Below are positions 9,559 to 18,681 of a stretch of DNA of 64,000 bases, in pieces. A program made the position numbers and the translations under genes. Position 1 is the first letter of the stretch. Each line of letters opens with the position of its first letter. Origin of the DNA: an uncultured virus (IMG/VR IMGVR_UViG_3300033148_006032) (Duplodnaviria; Heunggongvirae; Uroviricota; Caudoviricetes); the IMG/VR virus record IMGVR_UViG_3300033148_006032. One strand, given 5' to 3'. The notes below the pieces were generated by a model. That model saw only the letters and a list, made by a program, of their open reading frames with translations, was not told the DNA's origin and ran no database searches.

Positions 9559-10956
9559 ATGGAACGGACAATAGCTCCAGTTAATACTGCATTGACACAA
9601 CCAACAAGGAAACTCCATGTTGTAGATGTGGATGATACATTGGGTGGAAAAGCACCACGTACGAAAGAGCACCTTGCCTTGTATTGTGCTTTTGTGTTGG
9701 GCGTTAAAATAGCAACCCCAGCTGCATGTGCTATCCATGCTTCTCCATTGGATGCCTTATGGGATGCTTATGTGGATGAGGAATCCTTCCTTATTTGGCA
9801 TGCCATGCGAGGTTCTGGAAAAACCCTTTTACTTGCAGTTTTGGCTTATTTGGAAAGTACATTCAAACCATACTGTGGCACAACAATTTTAGGGGGTTCT
9901 CTTGAGCAGTCGCAGAAAATAATTTCATATTCAGCCCAGCTTTGGGAAAGGCCAGGTGTGCCAAAACAGTTATTGCTTGGTGGGGTTGTTGGCAGAGGCT
10001 ATAAATTGAAAAATGGTTCTTGGGTACATGCGCTTGCTGCCTCCCAAAAGTCTGTTCGAGGACCACATCCACAAAGGTTACGGTTGGACGAAGTGGATGA
10101 GATGGCGGAGGAAATATTTGATGCTTCTTTGGGGCAGCCTAAAGCAAACCATGGTATCCCAGATCAGGTAGTGGCTTCTTCAACATTACATCACGCTTTT
10201 GGTATGATGGCGGAATTGATAGATAAGAGGGAAGAACGGGATGCGAAATTATTTCAATGGTGTGTTGAGGAAGTTCGGGCTCCCCGGGGATTTTGGACAG
10301 ATGAAGAGATTGCAAGAAAACAAAAAATGGTGACCAAGGCGATGTGGGATGCAGAATATCTTTTGAAGCGTCCATCGGTTGGGAAATCAATATATGATTT
10401 TGAAACTGTGGAAAGAGCATACCAGAGAGGAAAAGGAATTGATTTCAGGAAACAAGCCGGCCGTATATATCCCGTTGTAGAAGGAGGGCTTGATTGGGGG
10501 TATTCTGTTACTGCATTTCATCTTATTCAGGACGTGAAGGAAAAGTACATTTGCCCAGAAACACATAGATGGGAACTAATAGAATTAACGGAAAGGTGCC
10601 AACAGATTGCTGATATTTGTATTGCGAAAAATGTATCCGTTCTGTATACAGATATGGCGCCCAAGGATAGTAATGTTACATTACTTAGAATTTTGAGACA
10701 GAACAGAGTCAAAACAAAACTTCACCCGGTGGCGTTTAATAAGTGGAAGGATAAAGGAATTGATACTATGCGGTATCTTCTTGAAAGGAATTTGATAGAT
10801 ATTGCAGATAAGACGGCAAAGGAGAAACTTCAAAAATACCATTATAAGAATATGGAATTGGAACAAGTAGCCAAGGAAGATGATCATGATCCTGATGCTT
10901 TTTGTGCTTGGGCTGCATCAAAGAGTTGGTTATTGGGTAATGGAAAAAATAAGTAA
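9559..10956 (+). CDS. terL: terminase large subunit
   Basis: Walker A RGSGKT, RGPHP...LDEVDE Walker B, GLDWG nuclease motif, DDHDPDA C-terminus. Confidence 0.9.
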   Translation: MERTIAPVNTALTQPTRKLHVVDVDDTLGGKAPRTKEHLALYCAFVLGVKIATPAACAIHASPLDALWDAYVDEESFLIWHAMRGSGKTLLLAVLAYLESTFKPYCGTTILGGSLEQSQKIISYSAQLWERPGVPKQLLLGGVVGRGYKLKNGSWVHALAASQKSVRGPHPQRLRLDEVDEMAEEIFDASLGQPKANHGIPDQVVASSTLHHAFGMMAELIDKREERDAKLFQWCVEEVRAPRGFWTDEEIARKQKMVTKAMWDAEYLLKRPSVGKSIYDFETVERAYQRGKGIDFRKQAGRIYPVVEGGLDWGYSVTAFHLIQDVKEKYICPETHRWELIELTERCQQIADICIAKNVSVLYTDMAPKDSNVTLLRILRQNRVKTKLHPVAFNKWKDKGIDTMRYLLERNLIDIADKTAKEKLQKYHYKNMELEQVAKEDDHDPDAFCAWAASKSWLLGNGKNK

Positions 10957-11033
10957 GAAAATTATATAAAAATGGTATTGATTGTGTTATAATATAAGTA
11001 GGCAATGAAATGAAAAGAAAGGGGTTGATATAC

Positions 11034-12533
11034 ATGTCGTTTCCAGAACCTGGAACAGCTTTTCCACCAGTGGATTATCAGAGTTGGTATAATCGTATTT
11101 TAGAATGGTCCGCCTGGTTTTCAGGGGATCCACAGCAGCTTTTAGACCTTTATTCTTCCACTATTTATTTTCCGGATACGGATATTGGTCGGTTTTGGGC
11201 AAGAATGGAAGCATCGGAAAGGTCAGGGTGTGTTCATCTACCTGTAGCAGGAGATATTTCTGCTACTTCTGCAAATCTATTGTTTTCTGAGGCTCCCATA
11301 TTTTCCTATGACGAAAAAGCTTCAGGAGGAGATAGGATTATTGATTTCATGAAGGAGAATGGATTTTTGAACTTGATTCTTGAGGCAGCGGAGTTATCTA
11401 CAGCATTATCCGGCGTATTTCTTAAGTTGGATGTGGAACCCGACTTAGTAAAAATCCCAGTCTTGAGTATCATTACGCCATTGCAGGCCATTCCATATTT
11501 TTGGAGAGGAAGATTGTGGAAGGTTTTGTTCTTTCGTACTGTATTGGAGGAGCAAGGAGGGTCGATTGTTTGGAGATTGTTTGAATTACGGTATAGGGAA
11601 AACAAAAAACTCGTGATTGAATATCGACTATATAAAGGCAGCAATGATCGGGTAGGACATGTTATGGACCTTAATTCTATTGATGAAACTGCAAATCTAG
11701 GACTGGAAGATATCACATTTGATATTGATGGGATCGGGTGTGTATATATTCCAAATATGCGTCCAAATAGACTTATACCAGGTTCTCCACTTGGAATTAA
11801 TGACTATTCGGGTGTCATAACATTGATGGATAGTTTAGATTTTGCTTGGACCTCTTGGATAAGGGATATTGAGTTGGGTATGGCGCAACTGTTAATCGAT
11901 GAGGAGTTATTAGAGCATCCTGACGGGAGCTACCTCACCCAAGAAACGGAATCAAAGGCGAAGTTTAACAAATTTCAGAAGGCATTTATCAAGTTGAATC
12001 TCTCACCTTGGCGAATGGGTGATGAGAATGTTAAACCAATTGAGCAAGTTCAATTTGATATCAGGACAGATGCTCATATGAAAACCTGTGAAACTTTACT
12101 TTTCCAGATTATCAATCAATGTGGATATTCTCCGCAAACATTTGGTATGGTTGATTCTGGAAGAGCAGAGAATTCGAGTGGTACGGCATTGCGCATAAGG
12201 GAAAGAAAATCATTGTTGACAAGAGAAAAGAAATCCAGGTATTGGCAACCTGAATTATGGAGCTTATTTTGGCAGATGCAGCAATTGGATGTGCAAAGTG
12301 GCCTTGCACCAAAGAGCTATACACCACAGGAAGTTGATGTGACATTACAGGATAGCATAATTGCGGATGAGCAGGAAAAGTCAGAGACTCTTCGCAATTT
12401 GGAACAAGCAAAGGCAGTGAGTACCTATACAAAGGTGAAAATACTCCATCCAGAATGGGATGAAAAATCGGTTGAGGAGGAAGTGCAACGAATTTTGGAT
12501 GACCAAGGTGCACCTCCACCGTTGTTTGAATAG
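11034..12533 (+). CDS. portal protein (SPP1/A118-like)
   Basis: Follows terL; GINDYSG...MDSLDFAWTSWIRDIELG; GYSPQTFG; C-terminal HPEWD. Confidence 0.85.
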   Translation: MSFPEPGTAFPPVDYQSWYNRILEWSAWFSGDPQQLLDLYSSTIYFPDTDIGRFWARMEASERSGCVHLPVAGDISATSANLLFSEAPIFSYDEKASGGDRIIDFMKENGFLNLILEAAELSTALSGVFLKLDVEPDLVKIPVLSIITPLQAIPYFWRGRLWKVLFFRTVLEEQGGSIVWRLFELRYRENKKLVIEYRLYKGSNDRVGHVMDLNSIDETANLGLEDITFDIDGIGCVYIPNMRPNRLIPGSPLGINDYSGVITLMDSLDFAWTSWIRDIELGMAQLLIDEELLEHPDGSYLTQETESKAKFNKFQKAFIKLNLSPWRMGDENVKPIEQVQFDIRTDAHMKTCETLLFQIINQCGYSPQTFGMVDSGRAENSSGTALRIRERKSLLTREKKSRYWQPELWSLFWQMQQLDVQSGLAPKSYTPQEVDVTLQDSIIADEQEKSETLRNLEQAKAVSTYTKVKILHPEWDEKSVEEEVQRILDDQGAPPPLFE

Positions 12534-12551
12534 GGTAAAAGAAAGGAGGTA

Positions 12552-12902
12552 TTGAGCATGGCAAAAGTAATTAAATTGGATTACCCGAATAGAGAAGATT
12601 ATATTTATGCCATATATTGTCCTGCTTGCAGATGTACTCATGGATTTACTGAAAGATGGACTTTCAATGGGGACTTTGAAAAACCTACCTTTAACCCTTC
12701 TATGTTGGTAAAAAGTGGGCATTATATGCAAGAGCACAAAGGAGATTGTTGGTGTGACTATAATAGAAAACATCCAGATAAACAAACTCCTCATAAATGT
12801 ATCATATGTCATAGTTATGTAACAAATGGAAAGATAAAATATTTGAGTGATTGCACACATGAATTTGCAGGAAAGACCATTGATTTAGAGGATATGGAGT
12901 AA
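12552..12902 (+). CDS. Cys/His-rich phage protein (DUF6527-like)
   Basis: CPAC..H...WTFNGD.EKPTF.PS...CHSYV.NG.I.YL.DC.H pattern. Confidence 0.6.
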   Translation: MSMAKVIKLDYPNREDYIYAIYCPACRCTHGFTERWTFNGDFEKPTFNPSMLVKSGHYMQEHKGDCWCDYNRKHPDKQTPHKCIICHSYVTNGKIKYLSDCTHEFAGKTIDLEDME

Positions 12903-12922
12903 AGGAAAGGAGGATTAGGAAA

Positions 12923-13162
12923 ATGGAAGGAGTTCATTATAAATATGCGAATGGAACATTGCTTGGTGATGGTAAGGATGTATATGATTTGCCAATATGT
13001 AATTTTGCATATTCTGATACTGGTAATCATGCTGTGGAAAGTTGTTGGAAAATGACATTTAAGGAGCGTATTAAGGCTTTTATTAAAGGTAAAATATATT
13101 TTCAGTGTATGGGAAATATACATCCACCAATCCGTCTTACTGTTGAATCAGTGATGGAGTAA
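12923..13162 (+). CDS. hypothetical phage protein
   Basis: Strong RBS; SCWKMTFKERIK...GKIY...HPP. Confidence 0.6.
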   Translation: MEGVHYKYANGTLLGDGKDVYDLPICNFAYSDTGNHAVESCWKMTFKERIKAFIKGKIYFQCMGNIHPPIRLTVESVME

Positions 13163-13182
13163 GGAAAGGGTAAGGTGCAAAG

Positions 13183-13644
13183 ATGGAAAAAGAAAATGCG
13201 AAGTATTCATGGGAAAGTCAATGTGAATATGAATATCGAAAAGAAACAGGAAAGATTGCTGTAGAAATAAGTTTGGCACTAACGGCAATAGGAGAGGTTA
13301 CAGCATCGAAAACTTACGATTATGCAGAAATCAAGGAGAAAATAGACAAATGCTATAAGACCGTACGTTATATGGCTATACCAAAGTTGTATGAGAATGT
13401 CCATAAATATTTGCAAGAGGCACTTCATTCCTATGCTCAGGCATTAGAATTGTTAGTGGGTGCTGCAAAGAATACGGATGTTGAAGGAGTACACAGAGCG
13501 GGAAGGATTATTGAAGAAGGTAATTGTTTCATTAAAATTACCAAACTTCGGATATGGATGCATGTTGAAGATCGGATTAAGGAAGATAAAAATGTTGGTA
13601 GTATAGATGGAGCTGGAAAAGTTGTAAAATTGCCTACGGGGTAA
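13183..13644 (+). CDS. hypothetical helical protein
   Basis: In-operon ORF with RBS. Confidence 0.6.
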   Translation: MEKENAKYSWESQCEYEYRKETGKIAVEISLALTAIGEVTASKTYDYAEIKEKIDKCYKTVRYMAIPKLYENVHKYLQEALHSYAQALELLVGAAKNTDVEGVHRAGRIIEEGNCFIKITKLRIWMHVEDRIKEDKNVGSIDGAGKVVKLPTG

Positions 13645-13686
13645 AAGAAACTCCCAGTCTTTCGGGTAGGAAGGAGGAGGAAGCGG

Positions 13687-13899
13687 ATGAATAAATTCGA
13701 GGTTATTATCACTACCGGCTACATAGACATAGACACAATAGATAAAATGACGGAAAAGGGATGGACTTTCATCGTAACTGTTCCGGCAAAACTGATACAC
13801 CCACATGCGGCGGAAACAGATAAGGCTACCTTATTTTCCAAGTATGAGGAAGTAGAAATGAAGGATGCACCTGAAACATGCGGAAATGAACCGGTATAA
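13687..13899 (+). CDS. hypothetical protein
   Basis: Strong RBS GGAGGAGG. Confidence 0.55.
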   Translation: MNKFEVIITTGYIDIDTIDKMTEKGWTFIVTVPAKLIHPHAAETDKATLFSKYEEVEMKDAPETCGNEPV

Positions 13900-13943
13900 A
13901 TAAAAATACCCTAATGGTATAAGGGCAGGAAGGAGGCAGCAAA

Positions 13944-15590
13944 GTGATTAGTCCGGTAAGATATGATAGCGTCGCAGGATCATTGGCACTTGCAGGGGAA
14001 GATGCCGTTCTACAAGTCGGGGACTCTTTACGAAAGCTTCATTTGTCTGCCATCAAGAATCCAGAAAATATCATTGCTGCCGGAAAAGTTTTTGATTCTC
14101 GGACAAGAATGACATTATCAGCATGGAATAAAAAATGGCAAGCATGGACCGGAGATGATTTGGCTGGGGCGTATCTTACAGGCGCTTCCTATGCAGATAA
14201 TGAGATGGCATTGTTAGGATTAGCAAAAGGCGAAGGAAAAATCACATCTGGAGTAACCCTTGCTGGAAAAGATGCGGTTTTGGCGGGTACGAAAGGAATA
14301 TCAAATAGTGTGAAGTCCTCATTTTTAGTTTCTGGATTACCCCATCATTTGACTTTTTATAACACCTTTAAAGAGGCTACCGTTTCTTTATTAGAAAAAA
14401 CAAGCCTTCAAATCCTTAGAACGACTCAAGATTTGCATAGAAATGTTGCTATTATGGCTGGGGAAGCAACATTTAAGGAAGCAGATATATTCACGCGTAA
14501 AATTTTATCTCAAACAATGTTGGATGATTATGCAAAAAGAGGATTGACTTCTGTTGTGTATAAGAATGGTGCGCGTGTAAGTATTGATGCTTATGCTGAA
14601 ATGGTTGGCAGAACAATGAGCAGTCATGCGGCAGTACAAGCCAGTTTGAATAGATATACAGAATATGGATATAATTTGGTTAGGATAACCAGTCATTTCA
14701 CGGCTTGTGAGTTATGTGCTCCATGGGAAGGTCAGATATTAAATAAGAATGGTGGGGATGCTAAATATCGTGGTTTGGATGAGGCAATAGCTGCCGGATT
14801 ATTTCATCCAAATTGTCGTCACGATGTTAATCCTTATTTTCCAGGAATATCACCGGATAAACTTGTGCCTCGGGTGGATACGGCAACCCAGAAATTAATT
14901 GATGAGCATGGGTACGTCCCAGCGCAGAAAATAACTTATAAAGCTGAGCAGCAGCAGAGATATATAGAAAGGAACATTAAGAATTGGAAGAGAAGAGAGT
15001 TGGTTTCCCTTGACCCGGTATTACAGAGAAAGGCACATAGAAAAGTATTGGATTGGCAGTTAGCACAGAGAAAACATATAACGCAGAATCCATTCTTACG
15101 CCGGAAGTATGATAGGGAAGGGATGAAAGGTTGGTATGATAAGGTTAGGGCTTCCCGTGTTTCTGTCCCGGTCCCTGTTCTTCCTGTTCCTCCAATTCCT
15201 CCGTCTGTGCCACCACTTAAGGTATGGGGTAGGCAGGCGTTAGATACAATTGATAATAGAGCACCAAATCAGAAAGCATGGGAGGCTTTCATGAAGGATA
15301 TGGATATGTTATATGATGAGGATTATATTGTTAGATTAGGTGATGATATCTATGAAATAAGGACTGAGGGATGGTTTGATGATTGTATGGAATCACGAGG
15401 TTTGGGTAAAACTAGCAAGGCGCAAATACGTGATACTTATAGAGGGATAATGGAGGCAGAGAGTGGATGGAAAGTGGATATTGCAGGATATATGGAAGAA
15501 TATTCTGATGCGACTTATGGAGTTACTTATGTAGGGAGAAGAGTGGGTCAGGTAGAAAAATCTTTGAGGGTGGTACAAAAAACGAAGTAG
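13944..15590 (+). CDS. minor capsid protein (MuF/phage_min_cap2-like) with C-terminal extension
   Basis: YAEMVGRT, SH..ACELCAPWEGQI, GLFHPNCRH and QR.IER.IK.WK motifs; Pro-rich linker then about 125 extra residues. Confidence 0.85.
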   Translation: MISPVRYDSVAGSLALAGEDAVLQVGDSLRKLHLSAIKNPENIIAAGKVFDSRTRMTLSAWNKKWQAWTGDDLAGAYLTGASYADNEMALLGLAKGEGKITSGVTLAGKDAVLAGTKGISNSVKSSFLVSGLPHHLTFYNTFKEATVSLLEKTSLQILRTTQDLHRNVAIMAGEATFKEADIFTRKILSQTMLDDYAKRGLTSVVYKNGARVSIDAYAEMVGRTMSSHAAVQASLNRYTEYGYNLVRITSHFTACELCAPWEGQILNKNGGDAKYRGLDEAIAAGLFHPNCRHDVNPYFPGISPDKLVPRVDTATQKLIDEHGYVPAQKITYKAEQQQRYIERNIKNWKRRELVSLDPVLQRKAHRKVLDWQLAQRKHITQNPFLRRKYDREGMKGWYDKVRASRVSVPVPVLPVPPIPPSVPPLKVWGRQALDTIDNRAPNQKAWEAFMKDMDMLYDEDYIVRLGDDIYEIRTEGWFDDCMESRGLGKTSKAQIRDTYRGIMEAESGWKVDIAGYMEEYSDATYGVTYVGRRVGQVEKSLRVVQKTK

Positions 15591-15691
15591 AATATTGTTT
15601 GCATGTGTTGATTGTTGAAAATTATGCGGTAGATGTGTATTTAGATGGAAATTTTGTTGAAAGAACCAAATTATTTTAAGGGGGTTATAAA

Positions 15692-15970
15692 ATGCCATAT
15701 CCAAATGAACATTCTTGCAGATTAGTTGAGCCGGATAGGTTTCGGCCAGGATCTTTTCGTCGTGTTACCAGAAAATTAGATGGGAAATCGTATGACATTA
15801 TAATGGGGAAGCTAATAGGGGAAGACACGATGACAGAACAAGCATATAGATATGATAGGAAGATATGGACTGTTGAACAAGCACGAAGACATTGTAAAGA
15901 TCATGGAGGAAGATTTGAAGCGGCATCTGGTCCGGCGAATGAAGCAATTCGTAGAGCAGCGGGCAGGTAA
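15692..15970 (+). CDS. small head-associated protein ending in a scaffold-like tail
   Basis: MPYPNEHSCRL... start; ends NEAIRRAAGR, like the scaffold's NSLIRRAAGR. Confidence 0.7.
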   Translation: MPYPNEHSCRLVEPDRFRPGSFRRVTRKLDGKSYDIIMGKLIGEDTMTEQAYRYDRKIWTVEQARRHCKDHGGRFEAASGPANEAIRRAAGR

Positions 15971-15976
15971 GGAGGG

Positions 15977-16429
15977 TTGACGGTGAAAAATAAGATTGAG
16001 TTCAAAGTTTGTAATCAGGGAAATAATCCGAAGGCATATAAGGAATGCCAACAATTTATAGAAAAGTGGCAGGAGCTATTAAGAATTCAAGATTGGAAAA
16101 TAATTCTTGAATTTTATTCAGCAAAAGAAATAGAGGAATTTGAACTTGGGGAAATGCGAGCTGTCTGTGAGAGGGTGTTCGAAAATAAAACTGCAAAAAT
16201 TTGTATTAATATTGAAAGTGAAAATGAAGAACTTAATGCGTCTATGGAAGACACATTATTACATGAGCTATTACATATTGTAACTGGTGAGTATGCATGG
16301 TTCGCAGAAGAATATTCAGATAAATCAAAACAAACAATTAGTGTGCTTAAATTGAAATTAGAACAGTTGGTTGAAAGTTTGGCAAAATCTTTCGTGGTAC
16401 TGGGGGGGAAATCAGCAGGAAAATATTAA
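15977..16429 (+). CDS. putative Zn metallopeptidase
   Basis: WQELLRIQDW and TLLHELLH (HExxH). Confidence 0.7.
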   Translation: MTVKNKIEFKVCNQGNNPKAYKECQQFIEKWQELLRIQDWKIILEFYSAKEIEEFELGEMRAVCERVFENKTAKICINIESENEELNASMEDTLLHELLHIVTGEYAWFAEEYSDKSKQTISVLKLKLEQLVESLAKSFVVLGGKSAGKY

Positions 16430-16441
16430 GGAGGAATAAGA

Positions 16442-17158
16442 ATGAGTTTGGTCATCCCGAGGATCGGCTTTGGTGCCTATAATCGAAAAAAAAGAGAAAA
16501 TATGCAAGAAATTTTATTGCGGGTGCAGAATGTTGGTTTCAAATTGTTTGATACGGCCAATGCATATGGGGGAAGTGAAGATATGGTTGGTCAGGTTATC
16601 AATAGTGCTTCTTTTGTTATTACAAAGATTAGTAATATACAACAACGGTCAAGGGATATTGAAACAGCATTCCAGGAAAGTCTCCAAAAAACAAAAAGAA
16701 TAGATACCTATATGATACATTGGCCGGTGAAAGGATATTTTCAGGATACATGGAAGCAGATGGAGTGGTTGAAGGGGACAGGGCAAGTCAAACATTTGGG
16801 AGTCAGTAATTTCAGAGCTGCTCATTTGAATACATTATTGTCAACCGCAAAGATTTTACCATTTGTGAATGAGATTGAATGCCATCCTCTGAATACACAA
16901 AAAGAACAGATTGAGTATAACAGGAAAAACGGCATTAAGATCATAGCTCATACACCATTAGGGAGGATGCATCCACTGATATTAAATAATAAGACTTTGC
17001 GAGGTCTTGCAGATAAATATAAAAAATCAATAGCACAGATTATTCTTCGGTGGCATGTGCAGCAAGATAGAATACCAATACCACATACATCAAACATTGA
17101 TAGGGTTGCGGGATATATGAATATTTTTGATTTTTTGCATGATATCCAAAGAACTTGA
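16442..17158 (+). CDS. aldo/keto reductase (C-terminus appears frameshifted)
   Basis: IGFG, FDTANAYG, DTYMIHWP, LGVSNF, NEIECHP, AQIILRW; +1 frame continues ISKELESIDGINQD to 17231. Confidence 0.9.
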   Translation: MSLVIPRIGFGAYNRKKRENMQEILLRVQNVGFKLFDTANAYGGSEDMVGQVINSASFVITKISNIQQRSRDIETAFQESLQKTKRIDTYMIHWPVKGYFQDTWKQMEWLKGTGQVKHLGVSNFRAAHLNTLLSTAKILPFVNEIECHPLNTQKEQIEYNRKNGIKIIAHTPLGRMHPLILNNKTLRGLADKYKKSIAQIILRWHVQQDRIPIPHTSNIDRVAGYMNIFDFLHDIQRT

Positions 17159-17250
17159 ATCCATTGATGGGATAAACCAGGATAAATGGTTGGGGTTTAC
17201 CCCATCAAAAGATATGTACTGGAGAATATAAAAGAAAGGAGGAAAAGTGT

Positions 17251-17880
17251 GTGGAGAATAAAATTGAATTAAGTATAATTATTCCTTGTCACAATTTAGA
17301 AAATCATATTGATAAATGTTTGGACTCTATTCTGCAGCAAGATATTGCAGATATTAGATGTGAAATTATTTTCATTTGTGATAGTTGCTCTGATAATACA
17401 GAAGAAAAAATTGTCAAAAAAATGAACTCTTTAGATGCAATGGAATGGCACTGGAAAGTAAGAAAAGTTAATTATAAAAGTCCGGGTTTGACAAGAAATG
17501 AAGGGATGAGTCTTGCAAAAGGTGAGTATATTTGGTTTATAGATGGAGACGATTGGCTAATTGGTGATAACGCCATAGAAGTTATTATAGATTTATTTCG
17601 TGATAATCCTTCTACAGATGTTGTTAGATTTAGATTTGATAGTCAGGGATGTCCGAATAAAGGAATTTATATAACCCTCTGGCAATATGTGTTTAAAAGG
17701 GAATTTATAAAAGATATCAAATTTCAAGGGGGGTTATTTGATGAAGACGTAGCGTTTGTTCAAGAAGTGAGAAGCAGAAGTCCTAAGATTAAAAGGATAT
17801 ATGATTATTTCTATTGGTATAATTTTCCTCGTGAAGGAAGTTTAACTGAACAAAAACTTATTAAAAAAAAGGGAGGATGA
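17251..17880 (+). CDS. GT2-family glycosyltransferase
   Basis: SIIIPCHN, DSCSDNT, RNEG...AKGEYIWFIDGDD, ED. Confidence 0.9.
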   Translation: MENKIELSIIIPCHNLENHIDKCLDSILQQDIADIRCEIIFICDSCSDNTEEKIVKKMNSLDAMEWHWKVRKVNYKSPGLTRNEGMSLAKGEYIWFIDGDDWLIGDNAIEVIIDLFRDNPSTDVVRFRFDSQGCPNKGIYITLWQYVFKREFIKDIKFQGGLFDEDVAFVQEVRSRSPKIKRIYDYFYWYNFPREGSLTEQKLIKKKGG

Positions 17881-17886
17881 AGTATA

Positions 17887-18666
17887 ATGATTAGAGCACA
17901 TTATTTTAAGAGTGTGAACAATTTCGGAGACCAACTTGTTGGCCCGATTATTAAATGGCTATGCGGTGAGGATGTTGCATGGGTTGGCAACAAAGTTGAG
18001 GGGAAATTATTATGTATTGGAAGTGAAATAACCAGGGGTGTAATGAGGAAGAATGATGTTGTATGGGGGTATGGTGGGAAATATCAGAAAGACATGGTTG
18101 TCCCTGAAGGAGTCAAGATATTAGCCACACGAGGGAAAAAGACGGCTGCCTTACTCAAAGACACTAGAGTAAATGTATTTGGAGATCCTGCGTTACTGAT
18201 AGCAAAAGTGCATAAGGCTCCTGAAAGAACGGAGGAATATAACATAGGCATAATTCCACATTTTACGGATGCTAAATTTTTTACGCATATCAAACATAAG
18301 AAGGCAAAGTTGTTCAATATTCTTGATGATAAATGGAAGATAATTGAAGATATGCATAAATGCAAAGTGATTCTTTCAACCAGCTTGCATGGTTGCATAG
18401 TGGCAGAAGCGTATGGCATTCCGGTAGTATGGATAAAGCCTGCCAAATCTATTGTTGGCGGTTTGGAATTCAAGTGGAACGATTATTTTTCAGGAACAGG
18501 TAGACCAGCACAGAAGCCGTATCAGTTACCACATCCAATTACATTGAAGGATTTGGGTAAGGCTAAATTTCAGACATTGCCAAAACCGATAATTGATACA
18601 ACTAAACTGGAAAAGGTATGGCGTGATTTTTATAAATCGCCGGGGATAAACAAAATAAGAAAATGA
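17887..18666 (+). CDS. polysaccharide pyruvyl transferase (ExoV-like)
   Basis: NFGD, IGS, RG, GDPALL, IIPH and STSLHG..VAEAYGIP motifs. Confidence 0.85.
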   Translation: MIRAHYFKSVNNFGDQLVGPIIKWLCGEDVAWVGNKVEGKLLCIGSEITRGVMRKNDVVWGYGGKYQKDMVVPEGVKILATRGKKTAALLKDTRVNVFGDPALLIAKVHKAPERTEEYNIGIIPHFTDAKFFTHIKHKKAKLFNILDDKWKIIEDMHKCKVILSTSLHGCIVAEAYGIPVVWIKPAKSIVGGLEFKWNDYFSGTGRPAQKPYQLPHPITLKDLGKAKFQTLPKPIIDTTKLEKVWRDFYKSPGINKIRK

Positions 18667-18681
18667 ACATACTGCGGGGAG

